Shown piece after piece: positions 42,904 to 58,033 of a stretch of 64,000 bases of DNA. The stretch lies in the NCBI RefSeq assembly GCF_009914755.1, contig NC_060931.1; one strand, written 5' to 3'. The notes under the pieces were generated by a model. It did no database searches. It was not told where the DNA came from and was given only the letters and a program-made list of their open reading frames with translations. The DNA comes from the human T2T-CHM13v2.0 reference genome, Homo sapiens. A program made the position numbers and the translations under genes. Positions within the stretch are counted from its first letter, which is position 1. Each line of letters begins with the position of its first letter.

Positions 42904-45900
42904 AATATAGGTAAAAAGAGAGAAGATCCAAATAAGCACAATCGGAAATGACAAACGTGATGTTACAATTGATTCCACAGATACCAAAGACCCTCAGATA
43001 TTGTTATGAACACTCCCATACACACAAATTAGGAAATCTAGAGAAAATGAATAAATTCTTGGAATCACACAATCTCCCTAGATTGAATCAGGAAGAAATT
43101 GAAACCCTTAACAAACCAATATCATGTTCTGAAATGGAATCAGAAATAAAAAGAAAAAATCTACCAACTAAAAAAAGCCCTGGATCAGATGGATTCACAG
43201 CAGAATTCTACCAGACATACAAATAAGAGCTGGTACTAATCTTCCTGAAACTATTCCAGAAAATCAAGGAGGAGGGACTCCTCCCTAACTCATTCTACAA
43301 AACCAGCATCCCCCGATACCAAAACTTGGCAAAGACACAGCAAGAAAACAAAACTACAGACCAATATCCCTGATGAACACAGACACAAAAATTTCTCAAC
43401 AAAATACTAGCACAGTGAATCCAGCAGCACATCAAAATGTTAATTCAGCATGATCAAATAGGCTTCATTCCTAAGATTCACTGCTGGTTCAACATATGCA
43501 AATCAATAAATGTGATTCACCACATAAACAGAATGAAAAACAAAAAATATGATCATCTCAATAGACGTGAGAAAAAGCTTTTGACAAAATCTAACATGTC
43601 TTCATGTTAAAAACATTCAAGGAACTAGGCATCAAAAGATTGTACCTCAAAATAATAAGAGCCATCTATGACAAACCCATAGCCAACATCATAGTGAATG
43701 GGCAAAAACTAGAGGCATTCCCCCTTGAGAACTGGAACAAGGCAAGAATGCCCACTCTCACCACTCTTATTCAACATAGTACTGGAAGTCCTTCCCAGAA
43801 TAATCAGGCAAGATAAAGAAATAAAAGGCATCCAAAGAAGTAAAGAAGAAGTCAAACCATCTCTTTTTGCTGATAATATGATTCTATAGCTACAAAACTC
43901 TAAAGACTCTACAAAAAGGTTCTTGGAACACATAAATGACAGCAGCAAAGTTTCAGGATACAAAATGAATGTACATAAATTAACAGCACTTCTATACACC
44001 AATAATATTCAAGGTGAGACCCAAATCAAAAACACAATTTCATTTACAATAGCCACAAAACAAAAAACAAATTAAAAAACAACTAGGAATACATCTAACC
44101 AAGGAAGTGAAAGAAACAAGACATCTACAAAATACTGCTGAAAGAAAGCATAGGTAATACAAACAAATAGAAAATCATTCCATGCTCATAGACTGGAAGT
44201 ACCAATATCATTAAAAATCCATACTGCCCAAAGCAATGTACAGATTCAATGCTATTTCTATCAAGCTACCAATGTTATTTTTCACAGAGCTAGAAAAAAA
44301 CTATTCTAAAATTCATATGGAACCATAAAAAGCCAAAATAGCTCTTCAAACCATACCATAAGGCTACAGTAACCAAAACGGTATGGTATTGGTTACTGTA
44401 CTTTCTATTACAAAAATAGAAAGACCAATGGAACACAATGGAGAACCCAGAAATGAAGCTGCACACCTATAACCATCTGATCTTTGACAAGGTCAACAAA
44501 AACAAGCAATGGGGAAAGGACTCTCTAGTCAATAAATGGTGGTGGGATACGTGGCCAGCCATATGTAGAGGAATGAAACTGGACCCCTACCTTTTACCAT
44601 ACAAAAATTAAGTCAAGATGTATTAAAGATTTAAATGTAAGACCTCAAACTATAAAAATCCTAGAAGAGAACCTAAGAAATGGCATTCTGGATGCCGGCC
44701 TTCAGAAATAATCTATGACTAAGTCCTAAAATCAATTGCAACAAAAACAACATTTGACAAATGGGATCTATTTAACTCAAGAGCTTCTGCACAGCAAAAG
44801 AACCTATCAATAAGAGTACACAGACAACATACAGAATGAGAGAAAGTATTCGCAAACTGTGCATCCAACAAAGGTCTAATGTCGAGAATCTATAAAAAAC
44901 TTAAATAACTGAAAAAACATAAACAAATAACCCCCTTAAAAAGTGTGCAAAAGACATGAACAGACAATTCCCAAAAGAAGATTTATAAGCAGCCAGCAAA
45001 CATATGAAAAAATATCAAAACCACAATGAGATACCATCTCACATCAGTCAGAATGGCTATTATTAAAAGTAAAAAGCAAACAAACAGAAAACAGTAGATG
45101 CTTGAGAGGCTGTGGAAAAAAGGGAATGCATATACAGTGTTGGAACATAAATTAGTTCAACTACAGTGGAAAGAAGTTTGGACATTTCCCTAGAACTTAA
45201 AACAGGACTACCATTTGATCCAGCAATCCCATTAGTGGGTGGATGTCCCAAAGAAAAGAAATCATTCTACCAAATAGACACATGCACCCATTTGTTCATC
45301 ACAGCACTATTCACAATAGAGAAGACATGGAATCAATCTAGATGTTCATCAATGGTGGATTGGGTAAAGACAATGTAGTACATATACACCATAGAATACT
45401 ATGCAGCCATATAAAAGAATGAAATCTTGTTCTTTGCAGCAACATGAATGCAGCTGGAGACCATTATCCTAAACGAATTAGCACAGAAGCAGAAAATCAG
45501 ATGCCTCGTGTTTGCACTTACAATTGGGAGCTAAATACTAGTTACACATGGACATAAAGATGGCAACCATAGACACTGGAAATACTGGGGAAGGAGGGGG
45601 ACAATTTTTCAAAAACTATTGGTTACTATGCTCAGTAACTGGGTGACGGGAATCTATCGATCCCAAACCTCATGTGTCAGATATTCCCAGGTAACAAACC
45701 TGCATGTGTACCCACTATATCTAAGATGAAAGTTGACATTATTAAAAAGAAAAAGTTAACATAAATAAGGACAGAAAAAAATCTATAATTAAATAAATAT
45801 GAAAATGCTGCTTTTCAAAACTTCTGGGATATAGCTAAGGTAATACTTATAGGTATTCTAGTTTTAAGAGCTTGCTTTAGAACAGAAATAATGCTAAAAG

Positions 45901-47260
45901 TTAAAGCTAAGTATCCAACTTAAAATTTAAGTATTTTTATAAACAAGAGAGTAATTTAAGCATAAAAAACTAAAATGTAAAAACTAATAAAAATTGAAAC
46001 AGAAGATCAATGGAGTCAAAAGAAGGCAATTTTTATAAACTAAAAACATGCCTTGTTAAATTAATAAAGAGGCATCAGCCAAAAGTACATTAATATGAAA
46101 GACAATATAGGTATAAGTAGAGATGCTATTGATGTTATGCAGCTAATAAAAGAGTATTAGGAAAAACTTTATTCATGTAAACATATATATGAAATGAATA
46201 CATTCTCATAAAAATTGATTTCACCGAAACTGATTCCAGAAGAAATAGTAAACCTTAATGGTTCAGTCAGAATCAAAATAACTGAAATTTCTTTTAAAAT
46301 CCTCTCATTGTGTAAACACCAGTTCCAGATGGTTTCAAGGTAAGATTTTCAGGTAATTCTAATATTACACAAAATTCTGCAGACCATTTTAAAAAGAAAG
46401 ACGACAGAAACAGAAGATTATAAAAAATAAAAAATGTATATTACAGGCCCACCTAGTCATTAACAGATACAAAAATAGTAAATACGTTATTTGCATCTCA
46501 ATCCATCAATTTAAAAAATAAAAATATATAGGTATAATCTAAGCTGAATTTCTCCAAAGAATGCAAACCCCGTTTATACTAGAAAATGGATGAATGTAGT
46601 TCACCTCATTATTCCTACTTTAGATGGAGGGGAAAAATTAATATTCAATATCCATTCAGAATGAAAACCTTAGGAAACTAAAAAAGAAGGGAACTCCCCT
46701 AGCATAGTAAATGATTTCTACTAAAATACAATGAATATGTTATTAATGGCACATGTTGAAACCTTCTTTTAAAATTGTGAACAAGAAACAAGTCAGTGGA
46801 AAGTTTCTGTTATCACAATTTCTATTTAACATTGCATTGACGGTTCTAGCTAGTGCGGTGAGATAGGATTAAAATGTTTAATAATCAGAAAGGAAGAAAC
46901 AATGCTGTCACTATATCTACAAAACATAAACTTACTGATTATTAGAATTAATAATTTAGTCATGTTACTAGATAAATATTAATATTCAGAAGAAAACCGC
47001 ATTTTTAGATAACAGTAAAAATCACTTGCAGAATATAATTGTATTAAAAGAAAATTACAATAACATCAAAAATATGAAATGCCTAATAATTAAACTACCA
47101 TAAGATGAGTAAATCCTTTAGGAAGAAGACTACATACAATTTTATGGAAGGATATTAAAGAATACCTAAATTAAAAAAAAAACCCACAACACATTCTTAG
47201 AAAATTTCAGTAATATAAATGCATGGATAGTCCCTTAACTTAAAATACTCCTTCAAATAA

Positions 47261-48083
<823 letters not shown>

Positions 48084-48966
48084 TAGTGATTAAAACAGAA
48101 CAGTGGTGAGGAAGAGATAGACAAGTAAAAAAATGGGACAAAATAGCAGCCTTGAAACTATTCCATTCATGGATGCAAATTGGATTTACAGCCCAGTGGG
48201 CGTTGCTGGTTAGTGTGGGAAAAGAGAGCCCATTTCATTAATAATACTGGAAAACATAGTCATCTATTTGAACAATAAAATAAAATTGGACTCCTACATC
48301 ATACTGTACACAAATAAATATCATGTAGATTAAAGACTTATCTGCAAGAGTATAGGAAAATATCTTTATAATTGTAGTGGAGGAAATAATTTTTTAATAA
48401 AATCATAAAAAGCAGATAGCCTAAGGAAAACGATAATTTAAATGATACAAAAAAACCAAAAACTTTACAGAGAGGGAAATATAAGTAATAATCTGTAAAA
48501 AAGTGTTTCTAATATTTACAACTGTCAGAGAACTAGTATTCAGACCATAAATCAGTAAAAAAAGATTCATAAAAGTGAGTAAAAGATAAAAATAGGCATT
48601 TTGCAGAGGGGGTAATATAAATTGCTCATAATTTTTTTAATGCTTAAGCTTAATACTAATTAGCAAACTGCAAATTAAAACCAAAACCCAATTCCAAAAC
48701 ATAATGACCTGATTGCAAAAAGTATTAAAAGCACATTAGTATTTGTTCAATACTAGTGTGCTGGGATGATTTTAATGATAAGAAACACTTTATTTTTCTT
48801 AAAATAATTTAGCATGGGTCTGCTTTGTGACCAAGCAAATTCATAATCATGTACGTAGACTATAGTAACACTTTCACATTTGTACCAAGAGACTTTTACA
48901 ATATTCTATTCTTATCAAAACTGTTTATAATAGTAAAAAATTGGAAACCACTCAAATAAGCCATTA

Positions 48967-49261
<295 letters not shown>

Positions 49262-50320
49262 GTGGACTAGTTATACATTCAAATACTGTAAAGCACTTAA
49301 AATAAACATTCTATCACTATCACATCCAAATAGATGAAGCTTAAAAACATAATACTCAGCAAACAAGCCAACTCAAGGATGCATAGGATATTATTTCATT
49401 TGCATAAATATCCAAAACATATGAAACAACACATCTAGGCTTGCTCATAGGTGGAAAAATTACATGAAAGTTAAGTGAGTGTTTTCCATACTCTTCAGAA
49501 TTATAATTTCCTCTGGAGGAGGAGGATGGTGCAGCTGGCTACAACAGAGGCCTTTATGGCACTAGCAGCTGGTGACATTCACTTTCATAACATCTGGTGG
49601 CGATTATTCAGGTGTGTTTACAATTATTCTCTAAACTACATATGTTTAATACTTTTCATTTATGATAGATATAAGAATTAAAACTTTTTTAAAAAAGAGA
49701 ACATGTATATGAAACTTAAAATGCCATTGTGAGCCAGGTGATTGAGTTAGACAAGTTACTGCTGCTCCTAGTGTGTTACTACCCTGTAAAATGGCTCATT
49801 AAAGAACAAATTTTGGGATTTTTTTTCTCATCATCTGTGCTGAGTTTAATTAAAAACACACTTATTATACTGAACTATAGGATGGAGTTTCTCCTGTAGC
49901 TGGAGAAGTGTCCCTCAGTTTTGTAGTGACTAAATACTGGAGTCAATTTCTGAAGGAAATTAGAGATTATCCTTCCACGAATTTTTTAAAATATGCTTTG
50001 AATATAGCATATTATATGTAAAGTTCTGCATGGTTGTTCCTTCATAAAATACTATATTTTATAATGCACTAGAAAGAATACTGTGATAGAAATCACAAAA
50101 TTTCAGTTCTTGTTTTGCTTTTATTTCTTATAAGCTTAATCTCTGAGTCCTAATTTAATGCATTATCTATCCAATGCCCAGATCATGTTGTATTACATAA
50201 TGTTTACATGAAATTATGCTAATAGTAATGTCCTTTACATATAAAAGGAGTCACTACTCTTTGTATTTAATCACTCTTTTAAATGAATAATTGGCATATA
50301 TTTATAATTGTATATATATA

Positions 50321-50587
50321 TTTTTAACTTTTATTTTAGGTTAAGGGATACATGTGCAGGTTTGTTATAGAAGTAAATTGCATGTTGTAGGGCTTTGGTT
50401 TGCAGATTATTTCACTACTCAGGTAATGAGCATAGTACCTAATAGGTAGTTGTTTTATTCTCACCTTCCTCCAACTCTCCATCAAGTTGGCTCTGGTTTC
50501 TGTTATTCCCTTCTTGTGTTCCTATGTACTCTATGTTTAGCTCCCACTTATATGTGAGAACATGTGACATTTGGTTTTCTGTTCCTG
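50321..50587 (-). mobile_element. Short 5'-truncated L1PA 3'UTR fragment
   Basis: aacttttattttagg...catgtgcaggtttgtta...ctcccacttatatgtgagaacatg; TSD taatcactctttt at 50268-50280 and 50588-50600. Confidence 0.9.
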
Positions 50588-50710
50588 TAATCACTCTTTT
50601 TTTTCCAGTGAGAAGTTTTACATGTTTTCAGGTGCATTATACAGATATTGATATCTCATAAAGTCACCCCATCCAAATTTGCCAACCTTGTATAATATGT
50701 CATCAAAATA

Positions 50711-51029
50711 TGATTGGCCCTTCATATTCATTGGTTCCACATCTGTGGATTCAACAAACTGAAGACTGAACATATTTGGAAAAAAATACAATAAAAATAA
50801 TGCAACAATAAAAATAATATAAATAAAATATAGTATAACAACTATTTATATAAACTTTACATTTTATTAGGTATTATAAATATCTGGAGATGATTTAAAG
50901 TATACTAGAGGATGTGTATAGGCTATCTGAAAATACTACACCAATTTAAGTAAGGAACTTGAGCATCTGCAGATTTTGGTAACCATAGGGATCCTGGAAC
51001 TAATCCTCTGAAGATACCAGGAGCAACTG
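50711..51029. mobile_element. MER2 (TcMar-Tigger) element
   Basis: ggttccacatctgtggattcaacaaac ... gggatcctggaactaatcc...caactg. Confidence 0.85.
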
Positions 51030-51275
51030 TGTATATTTTTCACCCCCTTAATTGCTCAGAATCCTGCTCTGCTAGTCTAATGAATAATGAAAATTTAACT
51101 GTGTCAGTGTGGCTATGTGTAATAATAGCATGGCAGCTTAATTTTGGTTACATAGTTGAATTATAACAAAATAATTTAGGAAAAGCCATATAGTTGAATA
51201 AATGGTTATTCCATAAGCTGCAATGCTCTGTAATTGTAGAATCAAAAACAGGTGAAGATGGTAGCAATAGATATA

Positions 51276-54222
51276 CAATTTACCCTTGAACAAATGGGGG
51301 TTAGGGAAACCAACCTCTCTTCCAGTCAGACATCCATGTATAACTTTTAACTCCTCAAAAACTTAGCCATTAAAAGTCTACTGTTGACCACAAGCCTTAA
51401 CAATAACATAAACAGTTAACACATATTTTGTAAATGTATTATGTACTGTATTCTTACAATAAAGTAAGCTAGAGAGACAATATTTTATTAAAATCATAGG
51501 AAAGAAAAAATATATTGACTATTAAGTCAAATTGGATCATTATAAAGGTTTTCATCTTCCTCATCTTCACATTGAGTAGGCTGAGAAGGAAATAGGATGA
51601 AATAGTGAAGGAGGTGGAAGAGGAGGCAGGAGAGGCAAACATACTCACTGTAATTTTACAAAAATACATCATAATTTCTGTCTGATTTTTTTTTTGCTTT
51701 TTCATTTCTAAAAAAATGTTTCTACAGTTACCAATCCTTTCTCCAAAATTTGCCCATATCATAGAAGGGTTCATGTCATAAGATAAGTCAAAAGTAGTCT
51801 TAAATAATCAGAACCCTTCTACCAGATTGTCTAACGTCAGTTTTGTTTTCTGGCACTGCTTATTTGATGTCTTCTTCCTCATCATCTAGCTGTGGTTCAG
51901 AAGCCTTAATTTCCCTCATCATCTTTTGTTAATTCCTTTAGTGTGGTGTCTATTGGCTCTACTTTTTCTAAGATCCATATCTTGTAACCTTGCACCCCAA
52001 CTGTTTTATTGTTGTGGTTGATTTAGTTTTGTTTTTGGTTTTTGCCACATCCACAATCTCTTTTATGATTTCCTTGATTGGCTCTGTTGTAAATCCTGTG
52101 ATGTCACGCATAATACCTGGGTACAGTTTTCTCCAGCAGTAATTTATTGTTTCAGACTTGATGACTTTCACAGCTTTTTCTATAACAATGATGGCATCTT
52201 CAATGGTATAATCCTTCCAGACTTTCATGATGTATTCTCTATCAGGGTTCTCTTCTATTGCATTGACAAGACTTTCCATAGAATGCCATGTGTAATGAGC
52301 CTTAAGCGTCCTAATGACCCCCTGATTTAGCAAGTAGACTAAGTCATTGCCTTCAATGTTGAGCTCATGAAGTTCTGGGTGCTAGGGGCATTGTCCAATA
52401 GCAAAAGAATGTTAGAAAGGCAGTCCTGTATTGGATCCCAGCACTTTGGGAGGTCGAGGCAGGCAGATCACCTGAAGTCAGGAATTCAAGACCATGGTCA
52501 ACATGGTGAAACCCTGTCTCTAATAAAAATACAAAAATTAGCCAGGCATGGTGGCAGATGCCTGTAATCCCAGCTACTCGGGAGCCTGAGACAGGAGAAT
52601 TGCTTGAATGCAACCCAGGAGGTGGAGATTGTAGTGACCTGAGATCACACCACTGCATTCCAACCTGGGCGACAAAGCGAAACTCCGTCAAAAAAATAAA
52701 AAGAGAGAGAGAGAGGGAGAGAGGGAGAGAGGGAGAGAAAGAAAGAAAGGAAGGAAAGGAAGAAAAGCAAGAAAGGCAGCCCCTTACTGGGGCTTGTGTC
52801 TTCATGGACAAAGCATCAGTGAAATTAATCCAGAATTCTCATTGTCCAGGCTTTCTTGTGGTACAACGAAGACTGCCAGCTGGTGCTTATTTTTTTCCTT
52901 TCATCGTTCTGGGGTTAGCAGCTTTATAGGTAAGGGCAGTCCTAATAATAAACCCAAGTGCATTTACAGTAAACAGTAAAGTTAGCCTATCCCTTCTTGT
53001 CTTAAATACTAATGCTCACTTCTCTTCCTTACTAATAAATGTCCTTTGTGGCACTTTTTTTTTTGAATAAGGTACTTTTTTCCTTGTTAAAAACCTATTT
53101 AGGTAGATATACTTTCCCCTCAATGATTTTCTTAATGGGATCTGGGAATTTTGCTGCTGCTTGGTCTGCAAAAGTTGTTTCCCCTGCTGTCTTGACATTT
53201 TGTAAAGCCTAAAGCTATTTCTATAATCATCAAACCATCCTTTGCTTTATATCCTTCACTGTCCTTTTGATTTAAGTTTTCACATAATGACTTCATTTTT
53301 TCTCAAATCACATTAGAATTTATAGGCATGCTTTTCTTATACCAATCCTGAAGCCACATAAAAGCTATGTTTTCAGTAAACGGTAAAACAAGTATTTCAC
53401 AAAAACAGTAAGATTTTGTGTCTGTTGGTATAACTGCAATGACAACTTCATGAATTTCTTATTCTGTCTTTACCATGGTTCTTATGTTGGATTCATTTAT
53501 CTTGTAAAAGTAGGCAGCTACAGCTGTATCGTATCAAGCAATTCAACTTTTTCTTGCAATGTCATGAGTTTTCTCTGCTTCTTGGGAACACTTCCAGCAT
53601 CACTAGTGGCACTTCATATGGGTTCGATGTTGTTCTTCAAGGTTTATGGCATTTGCACTAAGCACAATAAAAATATGAGAAAACCATGATAGTTTACCTT
53701 TTACTGCTATATGCAATTTACTGTAGACAGGAACTGCTCAATTGAAATGAGTACTGTTACAAGGGCATTTTAAGCAGATAAAACACTTCAGCTCAAGGCA
53801 ATAGCAACAGGAGGTGACTATAAAATTATTACAGCAATAGAGTAAGTACTATAGTTAATTTTATGCAGTTATGCTTTACTATTGCATCTGTATCTTCATT
53901 TGCATTTCTCTGAACTGTAATAGAGCCATGAATAATCCATTTGTATGTATAAGTTTTGATAAATTTTAACTTTTTGTAATAGACTTGTGATATTTTTAGT
54001 GGTAAATGATAAAGCAGACTAGTATATACATGTATTTTGTGCAACATGACATACCTTTTTCTTAATTTTTGATATTTTTTGACCTATATTTTATATATAT
54101 TTGTCTTCAAGTTTTTTCAAATTGTCCAAAGTCTCCCCAAATGTTTCTTATATAGTTATTGAAAAAATACTGTGCATAAGTGACCTGTGCAGTCCAAATC
54201 TGTGTTGTTCAAGGGTCAATAG
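51276..54222 (-). mobile_element. Near full-length Tigger2 DNA transposon with a disrupted pogo-like transposase
   Basis: TIRs caatttacccttgaacaa / ttgttcaagggtcaatag with TA flanks. Minus-strand ORF 51968-52333 (QGVIRTLKAHY...WKDYTIEDAI) is DDE-domain-like. Confidence 0.9.
52424..52770 (+). mobile_element. 5'-clipped AluS inside Tigger2 with an expanded GA-rich tail
   Basis: Starts at cctgta..atcccagcactttggg; TSD agaaaggcag; tail (GA/GGA/GAAA)n. Confidence 0.9.
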
Positions 54223-54230
54223 TACACATA

Positions 54231-54583
54231 CAGTCATGCATCTTTTTAAAGACATGCATATGTTCTGAGAAATGTGTTGTTAGGCAGTTTCATCATTGTG
54301 GGAACACCAAAAACTGCACTTAAAAAACCTAGATGGTATAGCCTACTACACACCTAATCTATATGGTATAGCCTGTTATCCCTAGGCTAAAAACCTGTAC
54401 CACATGTCATTGCACTGAATATTGCAGGCAATTGTAACACAATGGTAAGTATTTGTGTATCTAAACATATCTAAATGTTGATTATCTAAACATAGAGAAG
54501 GTATAGTAAAGTACAGTATTATGGGACCATTGTTGTACATGCAGTGTGCATCAACTGAAACATTGTTATGCAGTGCCTGACTT
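54231..54583. mobile_element. Tigger3a/MER7-type element
   Basis: cagtcatgc...gttctgagaaatgtgttgttaggc ... cattgttatgcagtgcctgac; TA flanks. Confidence 0.85.
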
Positions 54584-55059
54584 TATTTTCCATGAGGTGT
54601 GTTATTATATAGCTTAGTCATTTGAATCCGCTTTTCATCAGAATCCTTCTCACTTTCTGGGTTTATTATAATGCTTGTATTTGTTTTTATGTTGATTAAT
54701 TAGAAATATTTTTGGAAAGTACAACTCTAGAACTTACGTACTCTACCTTAATGAACTCTAATTTTAAAGAGGGAGCTTTAGAAAGTCTTTTAAGGAAATG
54801 AAAATACCTTGTGAACTTCCAAAACACTCATATTTCCCCCTTTTTCAACTTCGTTGATTGACCTGGAACCCTTAAAGGAGAAAAAGAATCTATCAAGTAG
54901 AGCTGGATCAAGTGTAATTTTGGTTTGTTTTATTTTTTAATAGTTTTTTCTCTCAGGGAAGTTTCATGTCTTTCGTCAGTCATGGGAGTTTCTCTACTAT
55001 CATTTATTCAATTTCAATTATGCCTCTGGCCCATGCTCATTATTTTCTTGCTCTGGCAG

Positions 55060-55260
55060 TTTAGCATAATGGTTAAGAGCATGCCCTCTTGAGCCTCAGG
55101 TCCAATTCCTGGCTTCTCTATTTATTAGCTATATGACCATGGGTAAGTTAATTACTTTCTCTTCCTCAAAGGCTTGCTGCGATGAGTAAGTAAATGAATA
55201 TATGTAAAGTGCTCAGACAGTGCTCAGTATATTTTAAGTATTATGTAAGTGCTTGCTCTT
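55060..55260 (+). mobile_element. MIR SINE
   Basis: agcataatggttaagagcatg...aattcctggct...gggtaagttaatta...atgtaaagtgctcag. Confidence 0.8.
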
Positions 55261-56227
55261 ATTATAATGATTACTTTTATATAGAGGTGTAAATCTTTTT
55301 ATCTTTTTTTCCATTCCTCTTTCATACTTTCTGTCTGTATAACATTTGGAATTGCATTATGAGCTACTAGGCTTGGTGCTCCAGAATATTTGTGTGCCCA
55401 ATAGCTGTGTCCACCTTTCTTTTTTAGTCTATATAATTAGAGTTTGCTTAGTTTTTTGTTACAATCTCAATCATTATACTTTTATATTTCAAAAATCTCT
55501 AATAATTTCTTATTGTACAATTGCTTAGTCTTATATAGGTATAATATCTTCCTAATCTCTCTCCAGATATTTGGACATATTTTGGACATTTTACGAAACA
55601 CACTTTTTGCTAACTCTTTCAACACCTGTAAGTGTCTCTGTCATGGTTCTGATATTTGCTGCTTTCTTGTGCACTTTGTAGCTTAGTTGTCCTGTACGAC
55701 TATCTCCTCTTTTCATTCAGGGAGATGGGTGTGAGCTGAAATGTGGCTTGGATACTTCGTTAGTGACTGTGAGAAAGTGGCATCCCTTGGCAGCTGTTTT
55801 TCTGAGTATGGGCACTTGCAACCAAATGTTGTGAGCCATTCGGGACACATTATGCCTCCGTCTTCCTGACCTCCTTCAGTTAATATTCCTACCTCGGGAC
55901 TTTTCCATTGTTGTTTGCCAAGGTTAACTTACCTGACTACTCCAGCTGTGAGACCATGCTAATAATTCTGGTCGTTGATCCTTAGCATCTTATTCACTGG
56001 TTCCACGCCCTACCAGCACAGACCAGTTAATGTTTTATTTTAAAGTTGTGCTTTGATATGGCTTTTTTCCGCTGCTTGTTGTTTCTCAGGATTCTCTAGA
56101 CTCTGTAGCGCATCTAGAGTGACTTTTTGTTTTTAGTGGAGCTATGACTTATTTTTATATATGACAAAATAATGTCTATGAATTTGATGCAGAAGGAGAA
56201 AATTGCCTAATGTATTCAAGTCTGCTA

Positions 56228-56676
56228 TGTTGAAATAGAATTCAATAGTGACCTTCAAAAAGATATGTTCTAACCACACGAACCTGTGAATGTGACCTTT
56301 TTTTTTTTTAAGGTGACTTATGCAGGTGTCATTAAGTTTAGAATCTGGAAATCAGGTCATCCTCGATTATCTGGGTGGACCCTAAAGTTAGTGATAAATG
56401 TCCTCACCTGAAACACACAGGGAGAAGGAACAGAAGATCATGTAAAGATAGAGGCAAAGATGGGAGTTATGTGGTCACAAGCCAAGGAACTCCATTAACC
56501 ACTGGAGCTGGAAGAGGCAGGGAGGGATTCAACTTTAAGATTTTAGAGGAAGTGTAGCCCTGCTGACATTTTGATTTTGGACTTCTGGCTGCCGGGCTAT
56601 GAAATAATAAATTTCTCTTGTTTCAATTAACCAAGTTTGTGGTAATTTTTAATGGAAGTCCTAGGAAATTAATAAA
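56228..56676 (+). mobile_element. MLT1 (C/D-like) MaLR LTR
   Basis: gaacctgtgaatgtgacctt...cacaagccaaggaac...gccctgctgacattttgattttggacttctggc...cctaggaaattaata. Confidence 0.85.
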
Positions 56677-56989
56677 GGTATCTTCTTCTATTAATACACA
56701 ATTTTAGCAGAAAATATTGTCTCTCATTTCACAGAAAATATTAAGACAGTACATAAAACCTTCCTTAATTTCCTCCTTGTCACTTACAAACATGTTTATA
56801 TCCACAACCATACCTACCTTCCACATCCCACCTACTGTTCAAAGTTACATTTGTGTTAGGGAACCTCTGCCATTTCTGCCTCTGCTTTACCAACAAACGT
56901 CTTTGTAATCTGGTAGACATTTTCCTTTTACATGTGAACAGAGCCAAGCCTCTTTGAAATAAAAAATCCTGCAGGTTTAACAAATCACC

Positions 56990-57660
56990 CTTCAACTTCT
57001 GCTCTGGATTCTGTCTTCATTTTACAGCCAATCGTTGAGGGAGAGCAGCCAGCACACACCGTCCTGTCTGTATCACATATCTCAAACTAATACAGTCTTT
57101 CTCTTGAGGCTAATATGCCACTGAAAGCTAACAGTACCAAGGTCCTTCACATTGCCAAAGCCTGTACACATTTCCTTTGCTTATATCAATTGCCCTCACT
57201 TTGATATTTGACTCCGGCCATTGCACACCACCCTTCAATCTCTGTTTACCCTCTTCTTCTGTTTCTTCTGATTGACTGTTTCTTCCCAATCTCACACATA
57301 GGTTTCTTTCTCTCCCCAGTGCCTGTTAAATATCAGGAGTATAATCCAAGGTTCTGCCTTTGTCCCTCACTTCTTGCTACATTGTGTGATCTCAAGGTGA
57401 CCACATTCATACTCATGATTTTATCTTTATTTGATATACTGGAGACTCTCAAATATATTCTCATAATTTAGAACTCACTTTGGGCTTCAATATTGAACAT
57501 CCAACTCTCACTGGCACATCTCCATTAGGATGTCCCAAGGACACTTTAATCTTTATTTTTGACATCTTCTCATCCTGACTTCAGACTTGTTACTCTGTAT
57601 TACCTTTTTTAGTCAACAGATTCTTCATTCAAACAACTGAAACAGAATATTGTTATTATC
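56990..57660 (+). mobile_element. L2 LINE fragment
   Basis: L2-like motifs (atccaactctcactggcacatctccattaggatgtccca). Confidence 0.6.
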
Positions 57661-57970
57661 TAGAAGTCCTTTTTGTGTTCTCTTATATCATATCTTTGTA
57701 TGTGATTTAAGCAATCATTTTATTCTGCTGTATATCATGTAAAATTGGATCTAGAATGATAAATAGTTTTTATCTCAATCACCATGTGCCATTGATTTGT
57801 AGGGGCTGCCAAGAGTACAAAGTTGAGAAAGATAGTGTGATCACCTCTAGAGTGAGAGGAAAGACTTCCACAATTGATGATAGATGAAATGGCAAGGGTG
57901 AAGAAAAGTGAAGCATCTAGCTCTGAATGTGTTATCCATGATCTTAGATTATAAAGTTCACAGGTTAAGT

Positions 57971-57972
<2 letters not shown>

Positions 57973-58005
<33 letters not shown>

Positions 58006-58033
58006 TGCGCGCGCGCACACATGCACGTGCACA
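57973..58033. repeat. (TG)n-(CG)n-(CA)n compound alternating purine-pyrimidine tract
   Basis: 61 bp of unbroken purine-pyrimidine alternation. Confidence 0.95.

Larger units (their letters stand above)
38335..45755 (+). mobile_element. Near full-length L1 (L1PA15-17-like): 5'UTR, decayed ORF1 and ORF2, 3'UTR
   Basis: Starts ccaagatgg. ORF1 remnants (TPRHVV...KEKILKVVREKGQ; KFQPRISYPPKLSF) and ORF2 remnants (QEDLTILNIYSPN; [15 protein letters not shown]). 3' end gtaacaaacctgcatgtgtaccc...aaagttga. Confidence 0.9.

Noticed and set aside
51968-52333. Transposase-like ORF as a domesticated gene
   Set aside because: It is a fragment of an Alu-interrupted Tigger2 with both TIRs and multiple disruptions.
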